From contig OZ024752.1 in the NCBI GenBank assembly GCA_964016885.1, positions 18,166,001 through 18,230,000 of the forward strand: a stretch of 64,000 nt of DNA, given 5' to 3'. This DNA comes from Eledone cirrhosa (taxonomy: Eukaryota). Shown here in pieces: positions 13,023-25,185 of the stretch. Both the position numbers and the translations under genes were made by a program. The notes beneath the pieces were generated by a model. That model did no database searches. It was not told the DNA's origin and saw nothing but the letters and a program-made list of their open reading frames with translations. Position 1 is the first letter of the stretch. Every line of letters starts with the position of its first letter.

Positions 13023-13426
13023 CATTTTCTAAATATAAAATTTTCCTGTCACAATTATTGCCAGGTCGTTGCTTAGAATCATTGCTATTTGGGTAATGCC
13101 TTCTCTCTTGGCTGAATGACCGATAACTTGGATCCTGACTAGCAGAACGATGTTTAAGTTCATGGCCCCTTGAATGGTATCTACTGAGTTCCTGGCTAGG
13201 TGAGCTGTTTTTAGAATCAGGACTCCGAGATCTATACTTGGGTTCTTTGCTACCTGATCTCTGTTTAAATTCTCTACTCCGAGATCTTCTATGATGATTT
13301 GACTGACGAGAGGAATGGCTTCTAGAACTAGAATGACTCCGTGAACGGTGCCGACGACCAATTTTATGTTTTTCTCTGCTATTTGACCTTTGACATCGAT
13401 GACTGTGGCTTCTAGAACGTCTCTTC
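13023..13426 (-). CDS. LUC7L3: LUC7L3 exon 9, RS/His-rich domain
   Basis: Acceptor tttacag, donor G|gtgagt, 404 nt, open in the expected phase (KRRSRSHSHRCQRS...). Confidence 0.88.
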
Positions 13427-14478
13427 CTGTAAATATAAGAGAAATTAAATTAATAGATTTCAGATACTAGAATTTTTTTCCATAGGCTGACGCATATGTG
13501 TATATGTGTCTGCATATGCATACATTTATATGTTTGAGTATATAAATATAAACGTGCAAACAGACATGCTTATAAAAATATACGCTCACAGAAATACACA
13601 TACATACTTCTTTTGAAGTATTTGCAATAATCTGACTATGCATATAAGCCAGAACAGAAACAAAACCGTCATGGTTTTCACCATCCCCTTCCTTCCATTT
13701 ACACACACATACATTAATGCAGGCAGTAGATGTAAAGAGAGAGGAGTAGTATGAGGTAGTCAAACTACTCTTTCTTTACATGTTATGACAGAATCACAGA
13801 AATTTATATATAGATTTGATTTTCCAAGCCAAAAAGACATGGAGGTATAGTTAAGCTACCAATAGCAATGCTCTGCTGTTATATAAGGAGCACTCTGGTT
13901 CTAAGCTGATCAATAAATATTGGCAAAACTACAGTAGCTTTACTGACATTACTTGGGAACACACCTAGACACCAATTCCTTAATCTCCAGACATGAATTT
14001 GTACCTAGAGAATGTTGCCACTAATGATAGGTTGGAAACTGAAACCTTTTGTGACCATTTTTCTAATGAAAAGTGCTGACTATGATTTACAATTAATTTT
14101 GAAAATAATCGAGAATTTGTAAAGATTAATTAAAATATCTAATATTTTCATAATTAAACATGTGTTTGGAACAGAAAGGTTCTTATCTAAAAACCTTCCA
14201 TCTTAATTTTATGTAAGTATATAAACTTTAAAATGAAGAGCTTTATTTCATTGGAAGAAAGAGTAGCTTCGGGCCGCTTAGTATGCTCACCATCAGAAGA
14301 AAGAAGACTTTTACAAGATCCACTAATGAACCCACCTTATATTAAAAATAATAGCCAAGATCAAGAGAGAAGGATATCATTGTGTCAAGCTTCTGAAAGC
14401 CATGTCAATATGACGACATGGACATTGAAATGGTGAGAAAAAATACAACTGATAAAAACAATTGAACAAAAACTATAC

Positions 14479-14690
14479 CTTTCTCTGCTTCTACTTCTCC
14501 TGCTTCGGCTACGACTTCGCCGTCGTCTCTTTTCTCGTTCTCTTTGCCTCTCTCTTTCTTTCTCCCTTTCCTTTTCTTTTCTTCGCTTCTCTTCTCGTTC
14601 TTTCTCTTTTTCCCGCTCCCTTTCTTTCTCTCGTTCTTCTTTCTCCCTGACAAGTCTAGCTTCTCTTTCTTCTGCAGATTGTAACTTTCT
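14479..14690 (-). CDS. LUC7L3: LUC7L3 exon 8, RE-rich region and start of RS domain
   Basis: Acceptor cattag, donor AG|gtatag, 212 nt. EREKERE repeats followed by RRRRSRSRSRRSRSRER. Confidence 0.9.
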
Positions 14691-15500
14691 CTAATGTAAT
14701 AAAACAAATTTAAACAATCAGTAGAAATAATGTAATAATGATTTCTGATTTAGGAACAAGACCAACAATTTTGGGGAGGGGAAAATCGATTAAATCAATC
14801 CCAGTGCTTTACTGGTACTTTAAATTATCGGTGCCAAAAAGATGAAAGGCACAGCTAACCTCGGCAGGGTTTGAACTCAGAGCACAAAAGACCGTAACTC
14901 TATGCTGCAAAATATATTGTCGACACTCTACCGATACTGCCAATCCACCGAAACAATTAAAAACATGTTTCTCCATAAATTTTTTGTGTAATTTGTGTAA
15001 GATAGATTATTCACAACTCCTACATTTTGTACACATTAATATTATCCTCACAGTGATGGGGAAAAAATAAAAACGGAATTGATCATTAGATCAGGTCAAA
15101 GAAACAATGTTTCAATTGGTCTTCTCATTGTTTTTATAACCTACAAGTTCAAACTCCTGGCAGAAGGAGGTGGGATTTGAGAACCCATCTAACTCATGTA
15201 AGCATGAAAAACAGATGTAAAACAATGATGATGATTTTGTGTATGAATTATAAAAATCCCAGCTGATTAGTTATGCGAAGAATATTCCATCATTAAGCTA
15301 TGTTAAAAAATATTTTTCAAAATGTTTCAAATTTAAAATCTCAAGAAATATTCTAAACAAAAAGATCACGTTGTTTTGTTCTAAATAAAAATATCAAAAA
15401 TTTAAATTTCAAGTCAATATACAGACGATTTCTTCACATAATTGAGAAGAAACTTCAAAATATTTAAGAAAAGCTACAAATGATTTTTTATGACACATAC

Positions 15501-15674
15501 CTGCTTTCTTTCTTCAACATACGTTCTGATTCTAGCGTAACCAGAATGCTGTTTACCCATGATATGTTCATCAATGCGCTGTTGAATATCTCCAACAACA
15601 AGAAGGGCACCACATACATTACATACTTCCATGGTTTTTTCACTTTCTGGTGTTTGACTATTTTGCCTGGTTTG
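15501..15674 (-). CDS. LUC7L3: LUC7L3 exon 7, second zinc finger (EKTMEVCNVCGALLVVGDIQQRIDEHIMGKQHSGY)
   Basis: Acceptor catcag, donor CAG|gtatgt, 174 nt. C2H2 ZnF2 motif VC.VCGA...H..GKQH.GY. Confidence 0.95.
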
Positions 15675-15829
15675 CTGATGAGTAAATAGTATGACAATAA
15701 ATCTTTTTATACAAACTGAGTGTAGGATAAAGACTTTTTAAGATAATTCAAAATTAATATACATTCACACACACACACATACAAACATCTTGAAATAAAT
15801 AATATAAAAACATAAAATTGGTTCATTTA

Positions 15830-16040
15830 CCCTTTTGATACCAAACCACCCTAATTCTACGATATAAAAATGTCTAAAAGTGTTTATATTTATCTAAAAT
15901 TCTTCCAATATACTTTTATGCAAGAACCTTTATGAATAACAAGAAAAGTTTATCACTAAAGCCCTTTAAATTGAGTGCTTTAAAAATTAATAGAAAATAA
16001 TAGGCAATGTCCTTTTATTAGAAATATAGTAACAAAAGGG
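15830..16040. mobile_element. Second TTAA MITE family (CCCTTTTGATACC...GTAACAAAAGGG); other copies at about 4059, 43834, 49541, 54623, 58699
   Basis: Recurring degenerate 200-bp unit with CCCTTT/AAAGGG ends at TTAA sites. Confidence 0.7.
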
Positions 16041-16789
16041 TTAACCCTTTAGCATTTACATTACTTTATATATATATTTTCATGGTTAAGGCTTTACCTC
16101 ACATAAATATCTCACATATCGAATCTATGAGATTTTGATATTTATTGAGAACAATACCTTAACATCAGTATGAGCAGCCAGTTACAGCTGGTTTGAACAG
16201 AAAGAGGTGACAGAATTCTGGCCAGATATGGCCAATTTAAATACAAAAAAGGGTTAATAAACAGAACCAAAATTATCAGAATTGCAATAATATTTTCAGA
16301 ATAAAAAAATTCAAGTTATATAATGACAATGATAATTTAGATATAATTTCACAGAGTATTGCTAATATGCCAGAATTTTAACTGGTTTATTTTTTAATAT
16401 TCTACTCAACTCCACAAAGTGGTATAATATGCAACGAATATTGCAGTGTTCTATCTGACAACAATGCTGCCAATGTCAATTGCTCTGTACTCTGATATTA
16501 AAAATTGACTCCACAAATTAACATTTGGCTCTGGATTCATAAGTGTAAACAAACAAGAGAAAAATATGCCCTAAATAGAATGTGAATTTATATGATTTAT
16601 TGGCAAGAGCTATATGTAAGCTGGATTGATAAACAGCAATAAAACAGCAGCAACCTCAGAGCCTTAGCTGCCCTACCATTCCACTTCTACAATGTCTTAT
16701 ATAACACAATAAAAAAACCAGTGGATACAGGATACTAAGAGAAGAACTTTCAAAAATATAAATTTAATGTAAGAATATGTTTAGCTTAC

Positions 16790-16885
16790 ATTTTCTAAAA
16801 CCTTCCTCTCCTCTCTTAGTAAATCACATAACTTCATGACACCTTGAGCTTCTTCAACTTTTCCTTCACAACCCAAATTTTCTGC
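16790..16885 (-). CDS. LUC7L3: LUC7L3 exon 6 (AENLGCEGKVEEAQGVMKLCDLLREERKVLEN)
   Basis: Acceptor ttttcag, donor AAT|gtaagc, 96 nt. LG.EGKVEEAQG.MKL motif. Confidence 0.93.
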
Positions 16886-17845
16886 CTGAAAATATATATT
16901 ATAAACATTTATATATATAGTTAAAAAAATAAACAGAGATGCAAAAATACAAAGTCCTATTAGTTTCATTGGGAAGAAGAGCATTTTGACATATCAGATA
17001 TAAGTCCATCTTCAGGAAATAGCAAGTTTGGAGAGGGAAAGAAAAGGTTGGAACAATGGAATTTTGAAAAAGGAAAAATCACTTAAGGATGGGGAGGGTA
17101 AGTGAGTAGTCATGTGTGTAGGGACCGAGATGGAGAGTGCAGGTCTGTCGTGGGTGCTGTTGTTTGTATGTATGTGTGTGTATACATATATATATATACA
17201 TACACACACAGAAGGGGGAGGGAGAGAGACATAGATAACACTGGTGAGAGAGAGAGAGATTTGGAACATTTGAAAATATTAAGTTTTGGTGCTTCAAGAT
17301 AAAAAGTTTTCAATCTAAATTAGAATACTAAACCACCACAAACATTTTAAAGGTATATTCTCTGCTAAAGCAAGGGTTAAATTTAAAGAGCCCCATGATA
17401 GGCTTAATACTTATCACAGAGTTCCTTTCGAGGCATGTTTTACAGCCAAATGCCCTTCCTGGTGCCAACCATTTTAGTCATGTCATACAACACACAAGGA
17501 AAAGGTGTACCCATTCTAAACCAGATGCACACAAAATAGTATTCTAAATTTAGAATATTATTCAAAACTATTTTATTTTATTTTCACAAATTTCAAACCA
17601 AACCGAAATAGCCCAACTTCCAAAGACAACAGACAACAAATGGTTACAACGTCCGTTACTAACAGGGAAAGTAGATGTTAAAGTGATTATGATGATGATA
17701 ATGAAACTATGGTCTATTACAGTAATGGTAATATACTCCTCTCAAACTGTACACATGTCCTCATGAACTGACCAACAGCTTTACAATATAACTATCATCC
17801 TAATCACTATTTTATGTCCACTTTCTATGCCGGCATGGGTTAGAT

Positions 17846-18297
17846 CAGAGGTGGGGAACCTTATGTTGAAAGGCTGCATTCAAGACCCCATAATTATATA
17901 TTCTTAAAATCTACTGCATCTTGTAAAAATCTAATTACTAGGTACTAATTATCTAAAAAAAGCGAAAAAATATTTGAACCGGCCGTAACTGGCCAGAAAT
18001 CTCTCACCTCGTTCTGTTCAAACTGGTTGTAACTGGCCACTCATACCAATGATAAGGTTTTGTTCTCAAAATAAATAACATCAATATCTCGTAGATTCGA
18101 TATTATGCGAGATAATTATGTAAGGTAAAGCCTTTACTATAAAAATACAATAGTATATATAGAGTAATGTAAATGCTAAAGGGTTGAATTAAAATAATAA
18201 GAGAGACAAAAACATTAATAAAAAATTTGTAGGAAATTTTGATTCTTTGAAAAGGCTGCACAGGGATGGCACAGAAGGCTACAGGTTTCCATCTCTG
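17846..18297. mobile_element. hAT-type MITE holding a nested piggyBac MITE, itself inside an RTE-tail SINE remnant
   Basis: Imperfect TIRs CAGAGGTGGGGAAC / GTTTCCATCTCTG; 8-bp TSD GGTTAGAT/TGTTAGAT. Confidence 0.65.
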
Positions 18298-18749
18298 TGT
18301 TAGATGTTACACTGTGGTCTTAAGTTTTTATTTAGTTATTCTTGACTAGATGGCTCAGCACATCTCAATCATAAGCTTCATTTTTAGCATGGTTTCTACA
18401 GCCAAGTGTCCTTCCTAACTAACTGCTTTACAGAGTGTACTGGGTCATTTTATTGAGGTACCAGCACCAGAGAAGTTGCTTTGTCCATTGCAAAACTAAC
18501 GAGTCCTCACTACTCTACATAGTATCCTTTCTTTCAAAGCAAATTTGACCTGGAGTACAATTGAGTATATTAGTTTTATCAAGCTATCCACAACTGGCTA
18601 GACATTAATGCAAGCCATAAAGATCTATACTAATTCACAAACCAGCCACCAACCAATCAACTTGTTTAGGTCAAAGAAAATGATCTCTGACTAATGAAAA
18701 CATCTTTTCTTGCTACTACAACAGTTATGCATTGAATGCCTTGCAGCTG

Positions 18750-19234
18750 ACCCTATTTACAACACAACTAATATGTGCATCAGACAAAAATAATATTCAA
18801 AAGATTATTTAAATGATTCATTCTACCAAATACTTATTTTTCCTTGATAGTGCAATAGCTGGTGGAAATATCTATTTTATTTTATTGTTAATGTGGCTAC
18901 ATGTTCATTGTTTGGGGGCAATTGAGTCACCAGATAACAAGCTCCTGTCCAAAAAAGGCAAGAACAAAAAATATACTCAGCTGGTTTACAGAATGAATCT
19001 GGCCCATCAACTAATCAGTGACTATTCCGATAAAAGAAAAAGATCCCTGGAAGAAGTTCCTTGGTCCAGGATGCCATGCACTAGCCTGTAGACTTAGAGA
19101 AAAAACAACATTTAAACAGGATATGAACAGTGCAAAGTGAACCTCTAGGTCAGCTGTTTCAAGCTGTATCATCTTGAACATTTCTAGCAATTGATATAAA
19201 CAAACTTTCAGGTATATATATATAATGTTGAGGG
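18750..19234 (+). mobile_element. Old piggyBac-like transposase 3' remnant
   Basis: YTQLVYRMNLAHQLI and CFKLYH-like fragments, ending GGG-TTAA. Confidence 0.45.
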
Positions 19235-19627
19235 TTAAAGAAAATGTTTTTGCTCATATTTTACAATGCTAAAATTTAAATATAATGAACTTTTTTGCAA
19301 TTTCCTCCAAAAAATTTAGTTTTGAAACTTCACAGAAAATTTCATGTTTTCATCTTTATTATTTATAAATTTGGAGCAAATTTTGTACAGGCAGGTTAAA
19401 TAACTATTGATTTTCACTATTTGGTTTAGAGAACTAATGTCAAAATATCCTAATTTTGAGGGAGGTAACCTGATGGCAGCTGTCAGAGAAGAAACAGTTA
19501 AAGGGCATTTTTCCATGCTAAAGAAAGGGTTAGCTTTGTGGGGCCCCATGAAAGACTTCAGGTTCATCATGGGGCTAGCTGCCCTCTCTGGTGCCAATCC
19601 TTGATGTTGCCCCTTACAACATACATG

Positions 19628-19830
19628 GATACAGTGTAGCTATTCTATACCTGATACACACAACATAGTACATACCTGTTGAACTAAACCATTATTCTGT
19701 TTAGATATACACAGCATAGTTAGAACACCTGTTGAACTAACCTATCAAGATACAGTGTAGCTAACTATTCTATACCTGATACACACAGTATAGTACATAC
19801 CTGTTGAACTAAATCATTAATCCGTTCAGT
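19628..19830. repeat. Degenerate tandem duplication including the LUC7L3 exon 5 donor site
   Basis: ACCTGTTGAACTAA occurs three times (about 19674, 19727, 19799); about 125-bp period. Confidence 0.85.
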
Positions 19831-19878
19831 TAACATGGCAACCTTTTCTTCTTTTAGAGCAGCAGCATTGCTTGAAGG
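19801..19878 (-). CDS. LUC7L3: LUC7L3 exon 5 (PSSNAAALKEEKVAMLTERINDLVQQ)
   Basis: Acceptor actttcag, donor CAG|gtatgt, 78 nt in phase 0. Coiled-coil-like segment typical of LUC7 proteins. Confidence 0.88.
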
Positions 19879-20202
19879 CTGAAAGTAAAGCAAATAGTTT
19901 GTAATTCATACTCCTTAGGCTACTAATCCATTTGGGATCATCCTTGATCCTACCTGAGTTACCAACACATCAGAAACTTCTTATATTTTTCTAATCATAT
20001 CAAAACCAAAATATCAATGTCAATCTCATTACTACATTACTGATAATTGGAGAAGAGGGGGTGAAAGCTCTCCTATCCCAATGTTATCTCCAGAGATTCT
20101 GATATTGAAATCGCGGATTTGGCAACGACAGACCCATGTGGAGATCAATTGTTGAGTTGATTTCGGCTGAGGCTGTCGGATGATGATGATATATACATAC
20201 AC

Positions 20203-20945
20203 ATCATCATCAACGTTTAACGTCCGTGTTCCACGCTTGCATGGGTTTGGACGGGGGTTTTCCCACTTAAGGCAAGAGTGATTGTCTTGCTCGCATAGGA
20301 CTGTCTGGCGGGTTTTCTACAGCTGGATGCCCTTCCTAACACCAACCACATTTACAGTGTGGGGCTGGGAGGTTTTTACCGTGTTGCCTACATGGCCACA
20401 TTACAGCGTGGACTGTCTGGCGGGTTTTCTACAGCTGGATGCCCTTCCTAACACCAACCACATTTACAGTGTGGGGCTGGGAGGTTTTTACCGTGTTGCC
20501 TACACGGCCACATTACAGCGTGGACTGTCTGGCGGGTTTTCTACAGCTGGATGCCCTTCCTAACACCAACCACATTTACAGTGTGGGGCTGGGAAGTTTT
20601 TACCGTGTTGCCTACACGGCCACATTACAGCGTGGAGTGTCTGGCGGGTTTTCTACAGCTGGATGCCCTTCCTAACACCAACCACATTTACAGTGTGGGA
20701 CTGGGAGGTTTTTACCGTGTTGCCTACATGACCACATTACAGCGTGGACTGTGTGTTTTTTTGTCGTGACACCTACACGATCTCATTTGTTTCGGCCTGG
20801 ATGTTGTGGCACCAACATAACTTTACATTGAAAGGGGCGGTGTGGATGGGGTGGGGGTGGTGGGACGGGGGTGTATTTTGTTAGAGATGCCTACTGACTG
20901 TAGTAGGTTTTACTTTGTATTTAGGTAAGGAGGGTCTTATCACAA
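20203..20945 (-). mobile_element. 3' end of the same RTE family with about 4 tandem 112-bp units
   Basis: Near-identical to 61136-61640; 112-bp period is visible in the repeated ORFs at 20439 and 20551. Confidence 0.85.
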
Positions 20946-21390
20946 TCATCGTTTAGTGTCTCACTCGTACGGAAGTGTCTCTGGCAGGTTTTATTTTTAC
21001 GGCTGGATGCCCTTCCTAACAACAACCACATTTACAGTGTGGACTGGGAGCCTTTTCACCGTGTCTCCTACACGACCACCTTAGTGTGGACTGTTGTGTC
21101 ATCGACAGTGGATGGAATGGAAATGGGAGGACGGGGTAGGGTGTGTGGGGTTGAGGGTGGGGTGTATATTGGGTTAAGAGGTGCCTATTGACTGTAGGTT
21201 TGTATGCAAGGGAAGGTAGGTCTTCTGTACAACTGCATGGCGCCAAAGATAACATTGGGATGGGAGAGCTTGCACTCCGTTAGTGGCTGCTTGTGGTTTC
21301 CAAAGCACTAATGGGGACACAGCCCCATAGGTCGCATGATGGCAGTGGCCAGCAAACCTTACTCTCCTTTTACGTACATAGATAGATATA

Positions 21391-21697
21391 CAGTGTACCC
21401 CCAGTTATTTGTGGAATTTTCCTTAGAAACTAACTAATTGTTCGTGGAAACCACCGTATATTCGCAGAATCATAAATGTCTCACACGATTTTTTAATGGC
21501 TTTTTCGTGGCAATATATATTTTTTCACGCTTTTTAACACTAAATTATTAATAACAATATACTGTATTTGCCGGCCTATAGTTTACATTGTTTTGACGAT
21601 TATAGGCATTTTTATGCACCACGTCCAATATTCAAGGTTTTTCACTCTTCGTGGGTGCTCTAAGAACATAAGCCCCGCGAATACTGGGGGATAACTG
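21391..21697. mobile_element. Tc1/mariner (pogo/Tigger-like) MITE
   Basis: TA|CAGTGTACCCCCAGTTATTTGTGG ... CCGCGAATACTGGGGGATAACTG|TA. Confidence 0.72.
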
Positions 21698-21751
21698 TAT
21701 ATATATATTTAGATCCAGGGGCAAACACAATAAATATGGTAGTCAAAACAT

Positions 21752-21921
21752 TAGTAGAGTGAAGACAACAAAATGTAATATAGAAATGTCTTCTACAGGA
21801 CTAGAACTGATTCATTCCCATGAAATCATCAGGAATGCTGGGGGACAGAGTAAGTCTTCCTGTCTTCCATCATTCCTGTAGAAGACATTTCTATATTACG
21901 TTTTGTTGTCTTCACTACTAA
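21752..21921. repeat. Inverted repeat with about 50-bp arms near TA-rich tracts
   Basis: AGTGAAGACAACAAAATGTAATATAGAAATGTCTTCTACAGGA and its near-exact reverse complement about 70 nt downstream. Confidence 0.85.
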
Positions 21922-22538
21922 TTTTATATATCTGCTATATCTAGCAGTATATATACACGTCTTTGTCCTGTGCACAAATATTCACTTGTCTGCCTGATCT
22001 ACACACACATGAAAATCTACACTATGTGAGAACGGCAGTGGACGGTACTTCCATCCACTAATAGGTGAATATTTAATTATAGTTCAAACTGAGATCGTAC
22101 AGACATGTGACAAGATCCTCAGGGCTTGCCAAGACTCCTGCAGGCAACAGTACAAGGAGGGAAGAAGAGAAACAGACAGAAAAAGAGATGAGAGGACAAC
22201 ATCCCAGATTGGACAGACATGAAGCTAGGTGTAATGATGGGAAGGGCGGAGAGGCAGGAGGAATGGAAGGAGCTGGTTGCCAGGTCATGTGTGGCACCCC
22301 AACGGTCCACCAGACTACAGGACAGATGAAGATGATATGATGAAATGGCCAATATTTTCTTACCAGATGAAACTGGTAATGGCAAGATTAACAGGAGAGC
22401 AGGATCATTTTAGACTGCTCTGCTAGAAAATTCCCATAACCAACTTTGTAAAAGTGATTCAATATGTAGAATTCTCTGGTATTTTTAGCTATCATCTGTT
22501 GAGATTTTCAGAACACCTGTGACAAATAACTTTCTGTT

Positions 22539-22578
<40 letters not shown>

Positions 22579-22581
<3 letters not shown>

Positions 22582-24812
22582 GGAAAGCCCTTCAAGATGT
22601 GTATGATGAAAAAGAAGACGATTTAGAGACGTATGACATAGATAATAACTGGAATTTCTTACGTGACAACTTACTGCAGGCTACTGATGAAACTTGTGGC
22701 TGGAGCAGAGCTCCAACCAGACAGAGAATGACCTGGTGGTGGAACAGCACAGTAGATAAGGCCATTAGAGACAAAAGACTAGCATGGAAGGCTTGGAAAA
22801 AGGGTGGGAGTAGAGAAGGATATACAGCCGCTAAGAGAGAAGCTAGACGTCAGGTGTACTTAGCACACAGGGAGGCTGAGAGTAGGAGGTTTGCCAATGT
22901 TCCGGACGGGAAGATCAGAGACGTGCGGCGTTCCACATTGCAAGGCAGTGTGTCAGTGCAAATCAGGATGTTGTTGGAGATATGTGTGTCTGGAATGATG
23001 CTGATGTACTTGGTGTCACGAATGATCAGAAAAAGGAGGCCTGGAAATGTCATTATGAGAGACTGATGAATGTGGGGAATGAATTGTAGAGAGAGAAATT
23101 ACCCTGAGTAGATCCGACAGAGGGACCAGCTATTGAGATTGATGAATATAGGGTCCAAGAGGCGATTAAGGAAATGAAAAATGGTAAGGCTGCTGGACCG
23201 TCGGGGATAGTTGCTGAGATGCTGAAAGCATCAGGGGACGTAGGCACTAAACTGGTTGCATGCATCATCAATCAGGCTATATATGGTGGTGTCATACCCA
23301 AAGACCGGTGCAGCAGTATTCTCATAAATTGCTACAAAGGGAAAGGGGATGCTCTGGAGAGGAGCAATTATAGGGGCATAAAAGTGATGGATCAGGTCAT
23401 TCTAATTAGAGAAAGGGTCAAACTAGATGAGATGCAGTTTGGTTTTGTGCCTGGGAAGAGTACAACAGATGCCCTCTTCTTGGTGAGACAATTACAAGAG
23501 AGGTTCTTAGAGAAAAATAAGCCACTATACTTAGCCTTTGTTGACCTAGAGAAGGCCTTTGATAGGGTACCCCGATCTGTCATCTGGTGGTCCCTAAGGA
23601 AACTAGGTGTTGAGGAATGGCTTGTGAGGACAGTGCAAACTTTGTACAGAGTTACTGTCAGTAAAGTCAGGGTAGAAATGGAGTTTAGTGAGGAATTCCA
23701 GATACAAGTAGGAGTACCTCAGGGTTCGGTTCTCAGCCCGCTCTTGTTCATTATAGTCCTCCAAGCCATAACAGAGGAGTTTAAGACTGGCTACCCATGG
23801 GAACTTCTCTATGCTGACGATCTGGTTCTTATAGCAGAATCAGTAGAGGAGCTAGAGAATAAATTCTGGCTATGGAAACAGCAGTTGGAAGCAAGAGGAC
23901 TGAGAGTGAACCTAGCTAAGACAAAAGTGCTGATGAGTAGAAAAGGGGACAAAACTCTGATTCCGTCAGGGAAATGGCCATGTTCGATATGCAGAAAAGG
24001 AACTGGCATAAATTCTATAAAATGCACACAATGCAGATCCTGGGTACACAAGAGATGTAGCGGGATAGCAGGCAAACTAACAGGTAGGGAGAAATACGTA
24101 TGCAGTAGATGTACAGGGAAATTAAACAGTAGAAGTCACATTGATAGACACATTTTTCAAATGCAGGCGGGTGCTATAGAAGTGGTGGATAGCTTCTGGT
24201 ACCTAGGAGATCAGATTACCATTGGGGGGGGGGGGGGGGTTCCGAGGCCATAGTATCTAGAATAAAGACGGGTTGGAAGAAGTTTAGGGAGCTGCTTCCT
24301 CTGCTGACGGAGAAGGGTTTCTCCCTGCGTACGATAGGTCGGTTATATGATGCCTGTGTGAGGAGCGCGATGCTGCATGGTAGTGAGACATGGGCAGCAA
24401 CTGCAGAGGATATGCGACGGAGAGAAATGATGCAAGCATGCTCCGTTGGATGTGCAATGTCAATGTGAGTGAACAACCAAATATGGATGTGTTGAGAGAG
24501 AAACTGTGTCCGAGAGGGATAGAATGTAGTGTGCGAGAGAGGAGACTGCGGTGGCATGGACATGTGATATGCATGGAGGATGACCGATGGGTGAAGAAGT
24601 GCCAGGAAATGCCAGTTGAAGGAAGACGTGGTAGAAGTAGACCACGAAAAAACATGGGCGGAGGTGGTGAGAACAGACCTCAGATCGCTGAAGCTCATGG
24701 TGGGGATGATGAAGGACCGTGACAAGTGGAGAGGTGCTGTGTTGAATAAGACCCGTCCCACCCTTGCAAGCAGGGAAAAGCGGACGTAAAATGATGATGA
24801 TGATGATGATGA
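22579..24812 (+). mobile_element. 5'-truncated RTE-clade LINE with disrupted RT ORF, in LUC7L3 intron 4
   Basis: RT motifs QFGF, DLEKAFD, QGSVLSPLLF, YADD. LRWHGHV and GRRGRSRP C-terminus. (TGA)n tail. Frameshifts and stops; (TA)n on both sides. Confidence 0.93.
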
Positions 24813-24937
24813 TATATATATATAGTGTATTTTGCAATACACTGTATGCTTAATTAAAAGCATTTTGAAGACCTTACGCTATTGTTTTAAAGTAGTGACT
24901 ATGTCACTCACTTCTTTTTTCAGCAAACAAAGGGAGA

Positions 24938-24985
24938 TAAGCTGACAGATCTCTGTTTCGTACTGTTGGTACTCCTCAGAGCTTA
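24938..24985 (-). ncRNA. Minimal type I hammerhead ribozyme (Penelope-like), intact core
   Basis: UAAGCU-CUGAGGA-GUAC caaca GUAC-GAAA-CAG agau CUG-UC|-AGCUUA. Stems I, II and III all pair. Predicted cleavage between 24944 and 24943. Confidence 0.88.
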
Positions 24986-25137
24986 GCACTCCCTTTGCCT
25001 GCTGAAAACTATGAATGTTGGATTCTCATAGAATTCCAGTAATAATCAGGAACTGATTATACAGAGCTGTTGCCTGATTATTACTGGAATTCTATGAGAA
25101 TCCAACATTCATAATTTTCAGCAGGCAAAGAGAGTGC

Positions 25138-25185
25138 TAAGCTCTGAGAAGTACCAACAGTACGAAACAGAGATCTGTCAGCTTA
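25138..25185 (+). ncRNA. Mirror copy of the hammerhead with a G8>A core change (probably inactive)
   Basis: Identical to 24938-24985 except CTGAGAA replaces CTGAGGA. Confidence 0.75.

Noticed and set aside
13029-13361. ORF-track proteins at 13029-13361, 14405-14707 and 15488-15697
   Set aside because: These are alternative frames overlapping true LUC7L3 exons; splice phases identify the RS/RE/ZnF frame as the real one.
19407-19604. 65-aa ORF as a missing LUC7L3 exon or a gene
   Set aside because: It is on the wrong strand for LUC7L3, whose exon chain is already complete. It may be an old transposase fragment, but I cannot support that.
20282-20769. Repeated ORFs or a CRISPR-like array
   Set aside because: The 112-bp units are near-identical with no unique spacers and no cas genes, in a eukaryotic context. 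The ORFs are by-products of the repeat.
21796-21836. Hammerhead in the loop of the 21752 inverted repeat (minus strand CTGATGA...GAATCAG...GTC)
   Set aside because: GAAA is altered and stem I does not pair; at most a decayed remnant.
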